DNA from: Actinomycetota bacterium
GTDB lineage: Bacteria; Actinomycetota; Acidimicrobiia; Acidimicrobiales; CADCSY01
Direction: 5' to 3'
DNA: 64,000 nt
NCBI GenBank assembly: GCA_019348495.1
Contig: JAHWJI010000001.1
Span: forward strand, 9,606-73,605
The position numbers and the translations under genes are program-made. The notes under the pieces were generated by a model. It was not told where the DNA came from, made no database searches, and saw nothing but the letters and a program-made list of their open reading frames with translations. This document shows positions 45,076 to 53,197 of the stretch, piece after piece (positions within the stretch are counted from its first letter, which is position 1; each line of letters opens with the position of its first letter).

Positions 45076-45297
45076 GTGACCAGGGCCGCGGCAACGGGCA
45101 GGGCGGCTCCCGTGGGCCAGCCACGCCACGACCGGTCCGACACCGGGCAACTGACCCTCCTGGAGACCGACGAGCCGGCGTGGCGCCTCGACGCCCGCAC
45201 CCGGGAGGTCGGTCGCAAGGGGGTGGCTGCGGCTCGCCAGGCGCTGAGACGATCCACCAGCTCCGACCGCGATCGAGGTGCGACACGGGCCGCGTGA
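45076..45297 (+). CDS. hypothetical small basic protein (73 aa)
   Basis: GTG 45076 in track ORF 44725..45297. ...GQLTLLETDEPAWRLDARTREVGRKGVAAARQALRR. The stop overlaps the nuclease GTG (GTGA 45294-45297). Confidence 0.45.
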   Translation: MTRAAATGRAAPVGQPRHDRSDTGQLTLLETDEPAWRLDARTREVGRKGVAAARQALRRSTSSDRDRGATRAA

Positions 45298-45812
45298 GCA
45301 GCTTTGGCCAGCGACTGGCCAGGGAGAGTCGGCCCAGGAGGCTGGCGGTGGTCCTGGTGCTCGTGGTCGTCGGTTGCGGAGGCGGCGACACCGACGCCAC
45401 GGGGACCGGCCGGGCGGAGGTCCGCAGGGTGGTCGATGGCGACACCATCGAGGTCCGCATCGGGGGCGTCGACGAGACGGTCCGCCTGCTCGGCATCGAC
45501 ACGCCTGAGAGCGTCGATCCCCGATCGCCGGTGGAGTGCTTCGGCCGGGAAGCGTCCCAGCACACGGCTTCGCTGCTGCCCCCGGGCACCGAGGTCCGCC
45601 TGGTGCGAGACGTCGAGGCTCGGGACCGCTACGACCGACTTCTCGCCTACGTCTACCGGAGCGACGACGGGACCTTCGTCAACCTCGCCCTCGTGCGCGA
45701 TGGGTTCGCGGCGGTGCTGACGTATCCGCCCAACATCGCCCACGCCGACGAGCTCACCGCGGCCGCAGCCCAGGCACGCCACGACGGGCGGGGTTTGTGG
45801 TCGGCGTGTTGA
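45294..45812 (+). CDS. thermonuclease (staphylococcal nuclease-like) lipoprotein
   Basis: GTG 45294 inside track ORF 44883..45812. RRLAVVLVLVVVGCGG signal with lipobox. VVDGDTIEV...VRLLGIDTPE...RDRYDRLLAYV...NLALVRDGFA are SNase core motifs. Confidence 0.88.
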   Translation: MSSFGQRLARESRPRRLAVVLVLVVVGCGGGDTDATGTGRAEVRRVVDGDTIEVRIGGVDETVRLLGIDTPESVDPRSPVECFGREASQHTASLLPPGTEVRLVRDVEARDRYDRLLAYVYRSDDGTFVNLALVRDGFAAVLTYPPNIAHADELTAAAAQARHDGRGLWSAC

Positions 45813-45854
45813 GTGCCGGGTCCGGGAGCGTGGGTGACGGGTACCGTGCAGACC

Positions 45855-46685
45855 ATGCCCGCGCTGGTCGAACGGCTCGGCTACCCCGCCGGCGCCCGAC
45901 TCCTGATCATCGGTTGCGACGGTCTGGGCACCAGCCACGCCGCCAACGTCGGCTGCTACGACGCCCTGCGGGAGGGAATCGCCACCAGCGCCCGCTTGAT
46001 GGTCCCCTGTCCGTGGTCCCGGGAGGCGGCCGGTCGCTACCGGGGCGAGGACATCGGCGTCGAGCTCACCCTCAACGCCGAGTGGGACCTCTACCGCTGG
46101 GCGCCGCTCACCCAGGCGCCCTCGCTGCTCGACGGCGACGGTGGCTTTCCCCGCACCTGCGCCGAGGTCTGGGACCACGCCGACCTCGACGAGGTCCGCC
46201 GGGAGTGCCGCACCCAGGTAGAGCGGGCCATCCTGTGGGGCTTCGACATAAGCCACCTCGGTTCTCACCTGACGACCCTCGCCCTGCGCCCGGAGTTCTT
46301 CGACGTCTACCTCGAGCTGGCCGTCGACTTCGGCCTGCCGATCCAGCTTCCCGACGGCTCGTCGGAGCGAGTGGTGGGCTTCCCCTTCCGGCGCCTGGCG
46401 GCCGAGGAGGGCGTCGTGTTCCCCGATCGTGTCCTGCGGCCCCTGACCGGCGCCCGCAAGGCCATCGAACGGGCCCTGTTCGAGCTGGAGCCGGGTGTGA
46501 CCGAGATCGATGCCCGGCCTGCCGTCGACACCCCGGAGCTGCGGTCGCTGACCCATGACTGGCCCACCCGGAGCGACGACCACCACGTCCTCGTCGACGA
46601 CCACGACCTACGCGCCCTCACCGAGCGGGCAGGCATCACCCTCATCGGCTACCGCGAGCTCCGCAACCTCCAACGAGCGCAGTAA
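45855..46685 (+). CDS. YdjC/ChbG-family carbohydrate deacetylase
   Basis: Track ORF 45813..46685. LLIIGCDGLGTSHAANVGCYDAL...TSARLMV...HLGSHL are YdjC-like motifs. ATG 45855 is preferred. GTG 45813, directly after the nuclease stop, is an alternative. Confidence 0.8.
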   Translation: MPALVERLGYPAGARLLIIGCDGLGTSHAANVGCYDALREGIATSARLMVPCPWSREAAGRYRGEDIGVELTLNAEWDLYRWAPLTQAPSLLDGDGGFPRTCAEVWDHADLDEVRRECRTQVERAILWGFDISHLGSHLTTLALRPEFFDVYLELAVDFGLPIQLPDGSSERVVGFPFRRLAAEEGVVFPDRVLRPLTGARKAIERALFELEPGVTEIDARPAVDTPELRSLTHDWPTRSDDHHVLVDDHDLRALTERAGITLIGYRELRNLQRAQ

Positions 46686-46724
46686 CGGGCGCAGTCTCGG
46701 CCGCCGGCGCCCGGAACCCGACAA

Positions 46725-46772
46725 CTCGGTCGAACGGAGCGAAGCGAGTGAGACCGAGATCAGAACTCGGTC
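46725..46772 (-). repeat. post-stop-codon repeat element, copy A (3' of the SCP2 gene), with alternative CTCGGTC/GACCGAG hairpins
   Basis: The core at 46734-46758 (acggagcgaagcgagtgagaccgag) is 22/25 identical to the reverse complement of 50593-50617. The arms CTCGGTC (46725-46731), GACCGAG (46752-46758) and CTCGGTC (46766-46772) can pair either way. Confidence 0.7.
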
Positions 46773-47146
46773 TGCTCCCGCACCTTGGCCAGGATGGACT
46801 TGTACTCGGGCTTGTTGGTCAGCGGCAGCAGTGCCATCACCTTGGCGATGTTGCCCGTGACCTTCACCCGCCCCTGCATGAAGGCGGCGTTGGCGTCGAG
46901 CTCGCCCTTGTCGACCTTCATCTTGTCGTCGTAGGACGAGGTCAGCGTCACCTCGGTCTCGGGGTCGTCGCCCAGGGCGTGTTCGACGGTGTGCCCGTTG
47001 TCGATCACGTGGTAGTAGCGCACGTCGCCGTCCGGCGCCCCGGTGATCACGTACTGCAGGCGCGCCGTGGCCCCCGGCGTCTCGGGGAACTCCGCCGCCA
47101 GCTCCTTGAACAGCGCCATCCACTCAGCCGAGAGGTACTTCACCAT
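46760..47146 (-). CDS. SCP2 sterol-carrier-like domain protein
   Basis: 128 aa. LSAEWMALFKELAAEF...KGELDANAAFMQGRVKVTGNIAKVMAL is the typical SCP2 C-terminal pattern. Confidence 0.85.
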   Translation of the reverse strand: MVKYLSAEWMALFKELAAEFPETPGATARLQYVITGAPDGDVRYYHVIDNGHTVEHALGDDPETEVTLTSSYDDKMKVDKGELDANAAFMQGRVKVTGNIAKVMALLPLTNKPEYKSILAKVREQTEF

Positions 47147-47156
47147 GGCCGCGACG

Positions 47157-48041
47157 CTATCCCATCACCCGGTCGCGGACCCCAGCGAACAGGTCGTCCT
47201 CGGGCACCGGGCTGTCGACCAGGGAGCGGGCCAGCACGTAGTCGTCGTAGGGGTGCACGCTGCGGGCCTCCTCGGGCGGGAGCCCGAACCACATCTTGGA
47301 CCCGGGGTCGACCTGGGTGCGATGGGCCAGCAGCGCCCGGGGTCGGATGTCTGCGTAGTCCGAGATGTCGACCTGGGTGGTGATGCGGTCGTCATGGTAA
47401 GGGCGCTCCAGCCACTCGTCGGTGAAGGGCGACTCCAGGCCGAGGGCGAGGAAGCGCTCGTGGGCGGCCACGACGCGGGCCCGGGACCAGACTGTGTAGT
47501 ACAGCTTCAGCGGCTGCCAGGGGTCACCCGCCTCGGGGTGGGCCTGGGGGTCACCGGCGGCCTCGAAGGCGGCCACGCCGATCTCGTGCACCCGGAGGTG
47601 GTCGGGGTGGGGGTAGCCCCGTTGGTCGTCTGCGTAGATGACCAGCACCTGGGGCCGGTGGTGACGTATGGCCCGTACCAGGCGGCCCACCGCCTCGGCG
47701 TGGTCGGCCCGGGCGAAGCAGCTCGGATCCTCGTTGGCCGGCGTGTCGGCCATGCCCGAGTCCCGGTAGCCGAGGAGCACGAGGTCGTCGTAGCCGATGA
47801 TCTCCATGGAGGCCGCCAGCTCCTCGAGGCGCACCTCGGGGAGGCGCTCGCGCACCTCAGGGGTGTCCATCGCCGGGTTGAGGATGTCCCCCTGCTCTCC
47901 CCCGGTGCAGCACACCAGGACGGTGTGGATCCCCTCGGCCCGGGCCCGGGCCACGGTCCCCGCCCCCTTGGAGGCCTCGTCGTCGGGGTGGGCGTGCACG
48001 GTCATGAGGCACAGCCGATCGGCATCGGGCGCAGAAGGCAT
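47157..48041 (-). CDS. mca: mycothiol S-conjugate amidase (LmbE/PIG-L family)
   Basis: ATG 48041 inside track ORF 47157..48653. LMTVHAHPDDEASKGAG, CTGGEQGDILNPAM, DQRGYPHPDH, KLYYTVW and DDLFAG closely parallel mycobacterial Mca as I remember it. The paralogue MshB cannot be fully excluded. Confidence 0.8.
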   Translation of the reverse strand: MPSAPDADRLCLMTVHAHPDDEASKGAGTVARARAEGIHTVLVCCTGGEQGDILNPAMDTPEVRERLPEVRLEELAASMEIIGYDDLVLLGYRDSGMADTPANEDPSCFARADHAEAVGRLVRAIRHHRPQVLVIYADDQRGYPHPDHLRVHEIGVAAFEAAGDPQAHPEAGDPWQPLKLYYTVWSRARVVAAHERFLALGLESPFTDEWLERPYHDDRITTQVDISDYADIRPRALLAHRTQVDPGSKMWFGLPPEEARSVHPYDDYVLARSLVDSPVPEDDLFAGVRDRVMG

Positions 48042-48068
48042 CCGGGCAACGGTAGCGGTCCCCTGGAG

Positions 48069-48102
<34 letters not shown>

Positions 48103-48138
48103 GCGCTGCGGGAGCGGCCGTCACGGCCGAGAGAGCCG

Positions 48139-48663
48139 ATGGAGGTGGGGCGGTACGCTGGCGGCGTGGACTCCCCCGAGGTCTGGCGCTGGGTCTGGCT
48201 GGCCGTCGCCGCCGGCGCTGCCATCGGGGAGATGGCTACGGCTGGCTCGTTCTTCCTCCTTCCCTTCGCCGCCGGGGGCGCGGTGGCCGCCGTGCTGGCC
48301 TTCGCCGGGGTTCCGGTGGGCATCGAGTGGTTGGTGTTCGTGATCGTGTCGGTCGCGGGTGTGGTCGCCTCCCGCCCCCTTGCCCGCCGCCTGGACCTGC
48401 AGACCTCCACCGAGGGCATCGGCGCCCGGCGCTGGATCGGCCAGACGGCCACGGTGCTCGAAACCATCCCCTCGGGCCCCCAGGCCACCGGCCTCGTGCG
48501 CCTGGGCCGGGCCGAGTGGCGGGCGGAGAGCCTGGAGGGCCTCGGGATCGAGACCGGCACCTTGGTCAAGGTGGTCGACCTGGCCGGGACCCATCTGGTG
48601 GTGTGGCCCCTCGACCAGATCGCCCCCCGAGCCCACCAACGCGATCCCGACATCGTCGAGTAG
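48139..48663 (+). CDS. nfeD: NfeD-family membrane protein
   Basis: Inside track ORF 47797..48663. Two or three TM helices (WRWVWLAVAAGAAIGEMATAGSFFLLPFAAGGAVAAVLAF..., IEWLVFVIVSVAGVV), then the soluble OB-fold tail (IGQTATVLETI...GLVRLGRAEWRAES...GTLVKVVDLAGTHLVV). The start is ATG 48139 or GTG 48166. Confidence 0.8.
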   Translation: MEVGRYAGGVDSPEVWRWVWLAVAAGAAIGEMATAGSFFLLPFAAGGAVAAVLAFAGVPVGIEWLVFVIVSVAGVVASRPLARRLDLQTSTEGIGARRWIGQTATVLETIPSGPQATGLVRLGRAEWRAESLEGLGIETGTLVKVVDLAGTHLVVWPLDQIAPRAHQRDPDIVE

Positions 48664-48673
48664 GAGATCCGCT

Positions 48674-49636
48674 GTGAACGTCATCGCCGTCTTCGCCGTG
48701 TTGGCCCTGGTGCTCCTGGTCTACGTCGCCTCGGGCATGAAGATCGTCCGGCCCTTCGAGCGGGGCATCGTCGAGCGGCTGGGCAAGTTCAAGCAGACCG
48801 TGGACCCGGGGCTGCGCATCATCGTCCCCGGCATCGACCGCCTCACCAAGGTCGACATGCGCGAGCAGGTCATCGACGTCCCCCCTCAGGAGGTCATCAC
48901 CTCCGACAACGTGGTCGTGTCGGTCGACGCCGTCGTCTACTACGAGGCCACCGATGCCCAGCGCCTGGTCTACAACATCGGCAACTTCATGATGGCCATC
49001 ATCAAGCTGGCCCAGACCAACCTGCGCAACGTGGTGGGCGACCTTCAGCTCGACCAGGCCCTCACCTCGCGCGACACGATCAACACCACGCTTCGCACCA
49101 TCCTCGACGACGCCACCGACAACTGGGGCGTGCGGGTGGTGCGGGTGGAGATACAACGGGTCGACCCGCCGCCGGACGTGATGTCGGCCATGCACGAGGT
49201 GATGAAGGCCGAGCGCACCCGCCGGGCCGTGGTGACCGAGGCCCAGGGCTCGCGCGAGGCGGCCATCACCCGGGCCGAGGGTGAGAAGGCAGCGGGCATC
49301 CTCGAGGCCGAGGGCCGCAAGCAACGCAACATCCTCGACGCCGAGGGCCAGGCCGAGGCCACCCGGGCGGTGGCCGACGCCGAGCGCTTCCGCCAGCTCA
49401 CCGTGGCCGAGGGCGAGGCCGAGGCCATCCGCAGCGTGTTCGGCGCCATCCACGAAGGGGGCGCCACCCCCGAGGTCCTGGCCCTTCGCTACTTCGAGGC
49501 CCTGCGCCACGTGGCCGACGGCCAGGCCACCAAGATCTTCCTGCCCACCGACGGTGCCGGCCTCCTCGGATCGCTGGCCGGGGTGGCCGAGCTGCTGGCA
49601 CCGTCGCCGGCGGACCGCAGCCCCGGCCGGGCGTGA
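48674..49636 (+). CDS. SPFH/band-7 (stomatin-like) protein
   Basis: GTG 48674 inside track ORF 48359..49636, preceded by AGGAGA. N-terminal TM, then IVRPFERGIVERLGKF, TSDNVVVSVDAVVYY and RVVRVEIQRVDPP, followed by an Ala/Glu coiled coil. Confidence 0.92.
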   Translation: MNVIAVFAVLALVLLVYVASGMKIVRPFERGIVERLGKFKQTVDPGLRIIVPGIDRLTKVDMREQVIDVPPQEVITSDNVVVSVDAVVYYEATDAQRLVYNIGNFMMAIIKLAQTNLRNVVGDLQLDQALTSRDTINTTLRTILDDATDNWGVRVVRVEIQRVDPPPDVMSAMHEVMKAERTRRAVVTEAQGSREAAITRAEGEKAAGILEAEGRKQRNILDAEGQAEATRAVADAERFRQLTVAEGEAEAIRSVFGAIHEGGATPEVLALRYFEALRHVADGQATKIFLPTDGAGLLGSLAGVAELLAPSPADRSPGRA

Positions 49637-50589
49637 GCATCGCCGTCCGCACCTACAGCGAGACCGGCTCGGCGCCGCTGGAGGACCCCAAGGAGATCGC
49701 CGAGACCATCAGACGCCACGGCTGCGTCGTCTGGGTCGACCTGGTCGACCCAGACGACGACGACTTCGCCCGGGTGGCCGAGGAGTTCCAGCTGCACCCC
49801 CTGGCCATGGAGGACGCCCGCAAGCACGGCCAGCGGCCCAAGCTGGAGCACTACCCCACCCACGCCTTCCTCGTCGCCTACTCCAAGGAGCTGGCCGAGG
49901 TCGACCTGTTCGTGGGCACCAACTGGGTGGTCAGCGTGCGGGAGCGCAACAACGTGGGCGATCACTGGGCGCTCGACGCCGTGCGGGCCCGCATCGAACG
50001 GGGAGGGGGCCAGGTCGATGTCGGCTTCCTCGTCTACTCGATCCTCGACGAGCTGGTGGACGGCTACTTCGAGGCGGTGGACGCGTTCGAGGACACCGTC
50101 GAGGACTTCGAGGAGCAGGTGCTCACCCAGCAACTCGGGGCCGAGGGCGACATCCAAGGCGAGCTGTTGTCACTGCGCCGGCGCCTGGTCGAGTTCCGCC
50201 GGGTGCTGGTGCCCCTGCGCGACGTGCTGGCGGCCCTCATGCGGGGCGAGGTGGTCTGGGTCGACGAGGCCACCCGCCTGCACCTCCAAGACGTCTACGA
50301 CCACGTGCTGCGGGCCGTCGAGAGCCTGGACAGCCAGCGGGAGCTGGTGGGCAACGCCGTGGACGCCCACCTGGCCCTCACCTCCAACCGGATGAACCAG
50401 GTGATGAAGCGCATGACCTCCTGGGGCGCCATCTTGTTGGGCTCCACCCTGGTGGCCGGCATCTACGGGATGAACTTCGATCTCATGCCCGAGCTGCGCT
50501 GGCGCTTCGGCTATCCCTTCGCCCTGGGCCTCATGTTGACCATCACCATCGTGGGCTACCGCTTCTTCTCGCGTCGCGACTGGCTCTGA
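49633..50589 (+). CDS. corA: CorA magnesium/cobalt transporter
   Basis: 318 aa. The C-terminal two TM helices carry the GMN motif (VAGIYGMNF). GTG start overlaps the SPFH stop (GTGA 49633-49636). Confidence 0.92.
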   Translation: MSIAVRTYSETGSAPLEDPKEIAETIRRHGCVVWVDLVDPDDDDFARVAEEFQLHPLAMEDARKHGQRPKLEHYPTHAFLVAYSKELAEVDLFVGTNWVVSVRERNNVGDHWALDAVRARIERGGGQVDVGFLVYSILDELVDGYFEAVDAFEDTVEDFEEQVLTQQLGAEGDIQGELLSLRRRLVEFRRVLVPLRDVLAALMRGEVVWVDEATRLHLQDVYDHVLRAVESLDSQRELVGNAVDAHLALTSNRMNQVMKRMTSWGAILLGSTLVAGIYGMNFDLMPELRWRFGYPFALGLMLTITIVGYRFFSRRDWL

Positions 50590-50635
50590 CCCCTCGGCCT
50601 CACTCGCCTCGCTCCGTCGGGTCGAACTGCCCGAG
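50590..50635 (+). repeat. post-stop-codon repeat element, copy B (3' of corA)
   Basis: The core 50593-50617 (ctcggcctcactcgcctcgctccgt) starts 4 nt after the corA TGA. CTCGG (50593-50597) can pair with CCGAG (50631-50635). Confidence 0.7.
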
Positions 50636-51874
50636 CTAGGAGCGGGGGGTGTTGCCCACCGGGACGAGGATGTCCTCGCCGGTCTCCTCGTCGTCGACCA
50701 GGACCCAGCCGCACAGCTCGGCCAGGATGCGCTCGCCCTCGCCGGGGCCGCTGGCGATGAGCTCGTCGTCGGCACGGAGCACCTCGGCGCCCCGGGGGCG
50801 GTAGACGTAGCGGCCTCCCCGGCGTACCGCCAGCACGTGGAACCCGGGGTCGATGTCGAGGTGGAGCTGGGCCAGGCTGGCGCCCTCGACCCGTGAGCCA
50901 CGGCCCACGGGCAGGCGCACGAGCACCTCGTCGGCGTCGCCCAGGGCCAGCGACAACACCGGGTGGACCTCCTCCTCGTTCTCGATGAGCCACACCATCT
51001 GCTGGGCCGAGTCGCCCAGGTCCTCGGCCGCCTGGGCCAGGTGCAGCAGGCCCCGCAGCGACGACGGGTCGGCGGCGACCGGCGCCGAGCGCAGCACCCA
51101 GGTCTCCAGCCGCTCCTTCATCTCGTCGAGGCGGTCCTCCAGGTGGTTGACCTCGGCCGCCAGGCCCACGTCGCGCAACACCAGCGCCGACCAGGCCAGG
51201 CCCACGCAGGTGGTCGAGATGTTCTTCATCTCCACCAGCACGTCGATGGCCCGGTCGAGATCGGAGGGGATGGGCTCCTCCACCGGTTCAGGCGGCTCCC
51301 ACGAGGGGGCCCCGGCCAGTTGGTGGAGCCGGGAGATGCCCGCCGGCGCGCCGTGGAGGAACAACACGTCGCCGGGTAGCAGGATCTCGTCGCCACCCAC
51401 GTCGGTCAGCCAGTCGCGGCCCCGGTGGATGGCCACGACCCGCATGCCCACGGCTACGGGCAGCTCGAAGTCCGAGAGCGGCCGGTGGGCGAAGTGCGAC
51501 CCCTCCCGCAGCGACACCCGGTGGCTGACCTCCTCGGCCCCGGACAGGTCGGCGACCAGCTCGCGAGGGATGCCCACGCGGTGGGTCACGATGCGGGAGA
51601 TGTCGACCGCGGCGTGGCCCATGCGTTCGACCGAGGAGATGACCCTGAGCACCGAGGCCATGGAATCGGCGTCGCGAGGTGAGCGGGCGGCCAGCACGCA
51701 GACGGCCCGCATGTCGTGGACCAGGTCGTTGAGCCGGTCCTGGAGCTCATCCACCTCGTCGGCCATCTGTGGGTCCCCGAAGTAGACCGACGCGTAGGCC
51801 AGGTCGATCATGAGCTCGCAGGAGTCCTTGGCCTCCGAGATCATGGTTCGCAGGTTGCGAGGTCGCTCGTCCAC
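50636..51874 (-). CDS. PhoU-domain/TrkA_C-domain regulatory protein (PhoU-TrkA_C-PhoU-TrkA_C)
   Basis: GTG 51874 (GGAGG 4 nt upstream) inside track ORF 50636..52561. It has two PhoU-like helical segments (ELMIDLAYASVYF...VERMGHAAVDISRIV and LVEMKNISTTCVGLAWSALV...AEDLGDSAQQMVWLI). Each is followed by a TrkA_C-like barrel (...LLPGDVLFLHG... and ...LRADDELIASG...). Confidence 0.8.
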   Translation of the reverse strand: MDERPRNLRTMISEAKDSCELMIDLAYASVYFGDPQMADEVDELQDRLNDLVHDMRAVCVLAARSPRDADSMASVLRVISSVERMGHAAVDISRIVTHRVGIPRELVADLSGAEEVSHRVSLREGSHFAHRPLSDFELPVAVGMRVVAIHRGRDWLTDVGGDEILLPGDVLFLHGAPAGISRLHQLAGAPSWEPPEPVEEPIPSDLDRAIDVLVEMKNISTTCVGLAWSALVLRDVGLAAEVNHLEDRLDEMKERLETWVLRSAPVAADPSSLRGLLHLAQAAEDLGDSAQQMVWLIENEEEVHPVLSLALGDADEVLVRLPVGRGSRVEGASLAQLHLDIDPGFHVLAVRRGGRYVYRPRGAEVLRADDELIASGPGEGERILAELCGWVLVDDEETGEDILVPVGNTPRS

Positions 51875-51897
51875 CGGGGCCTCCAGGGTAGTGGGCG

Positions 51898-53136
51898 TCA
51901 GACGAGGCCGAGGGCGACGATGGCGAAGATCAGGCTGAAGGCGCCGACGAGGTCGATGGACGAGGTCACCATGGGTACCCCGTAGGTGTCGGGGTCGAGG
52001 CCCAGGCGCACGGCGGCGAGGGTCCCGTAGTAGGCGATGAGCACGGCGAAGCCCACGGCCAGCAGTCCCCCGATCAGCGAGGCGGCCACCAGCAGGGCGA
52101 TGCCGGGGCTGGCCTTGCCGATGAGGTGGGTGGCGAGCTCGGCCACGGCCGCGTTGAGGGCGAAGACGGGCACCGCCAGCAGGATCACAAAGGCGATGTC
52201 GGCTCGGGCCTCGCGCCCGGGCACCGCCACCATCTGCACGACACCGAGGTGGATCTTGGTCGAGAGCCGGTTGGCCAGCACCCCCCCGAGGGCGCCGGCG
52301 GTGCTCAGGTGGCCGGGCAGCAACACCAACAGGGCGGGCAGCGCGGTGAAGGTCGACAGGCGTCCCTCGATGGCGATCCCCGCCACCACGCTGATGAGGC
52401 TGGCGACACACAAGATGGGCACCGACTCCCTCAGCACACGGACCAGCAGCGCCAGGCGCGACCGCAGGGAGGCGACGAGGACGATGATCGACGCCAGCAC
52501 CATCATCGCCCCCAGGGCGTCGCTGAGCGCCCCGAAGCCCACCAGGAGCGAGGCCAGCCACAGCGACGGCAGGCCCACCACGTCGCCCACCGACGCCACC
52601 AGGGGCGCGTTGACGTTGTCGAGGTCCCAGCCGAAGCGGACCGACCCGGCGGCCAGGGCCAGGGTGAAGGCCAACACGATCACCGACGACAACAGCGCCC
52701 CCGCCACCGAGATGACCACCAGCTCGAGGACCGGGATGGTCTGGTCCAGGCCCAGGGCCACGGCCACGGCCTTGGCGATGCCGGCCAGGACGACGGCGGT
52801 GACCGTCGTGAGGACCATGGAGGCGATGACGTTCTGGCCGACCACGGTGTCGGCCCGCCGTGACAGACCGAACGTCCCGGTGTGGATGGCGGTGCTCAGC
52901 CGGCTTCCCAGGGCACCGAAGATGTTGCCGCGCATGCCGATGGAGGCGGGCACCAGCACGAGCAGGCCGGGCAGGCGCTCCAGGGTGCCGGTGATGGCAC
53001 CCAGGGTGACCCCGGCGGCCAGGCTCGTCAGCGTGCTGAGGCCGAGGGCGGTGAGGCTCTGGCGGGTGCCGGCGACGTCGGGCCCGAGCAGCCCCTTCAG
53101 GCGCGCCAGGGGTCGGAGCCGTCCTCGCTGCATCAC
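51898..53136 (-). CDS. MgtE-like divalent-cation transporter, tandem membrane domains (SLC41-like), no cytosolic N-domain/CBS
   Basis: 412 aa, almost entirely hydrophobic, with two repeats of the MgtE TM-domain pattern (PASIGMRGNIFGALGSRLST... and LPGHLSTAGALGGVLANRLST..., DLDNVNAPLVASVGDV and DPDTYGVPMVTSSIDL). GTG 53136 or ATG 53133. Confidence 0.85.
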   Translation of the reverse strand: MMQRGRLRPLARLKGLLGPDVAGTRQSLTALGLSTLTSLAAGVTLGAITGTLERLPGLLVLVPASIGMRGNIFGALGSRLSTAIHTGTFGLSRRADTVVGQNVIASMVLTTVTAVVLAGIAKAVAVALGLDQTIPVLELVVISVAGALLSSVIVLAFTLALAAGSVRFGWDLDNVNAPLVASVGDVVGLPSLWLASLLVGFGALSDALGAMMVLASIIVLVASLRSRLALLVRVLRESVPILCVASLISVVAGIAIEGRLSTFTALPALLVLLPGHLSTAGALGGVLANRLSTKIHLGVVQMVAVPGREARADIAFVILLAVPVFALNAAVAELATHLIGKASPGIALLVAASLIGGLLAVGFAVLIAYYGTLAAVRLGLDPDTYGVPMVTSSIDLVGAFSLIFAIVALGLV

Positions 53137-53167
53137 GATGAGTCTTGCCGACCGGCGTCGGGGGTGG

Positions 53168-53183
53168 CCGCTGAACTCAGCGG
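53168..53183. promoter_or_regulatory. inverted repeat CCGCTGA-AC-TCAGCGG upstream of the MgtE-like gene (candidate operator)
   Basis: Read directly. It has 7-nt arms and a 2-nt centre, which is too tight for a stable RNA hairpin. It lies 32-47 nt upstream of the MgtE-like start. Confidence 0.3.
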
Positions 53184-53197
53184 CGGGACCGGCTCGC

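Noticed and set aside
53137-53197. M-box (ykoK) magnesium riboswitch upstream of the MgtE-like gene or of nfeD-SPFH-corA (48042-48138).
   Set aside because: The spacers are 61 and 97 nt, too short for the roughly 160-nt M-box, and show none of its conserved helices. Only an inverted repeat and the (CT)n tract are present.
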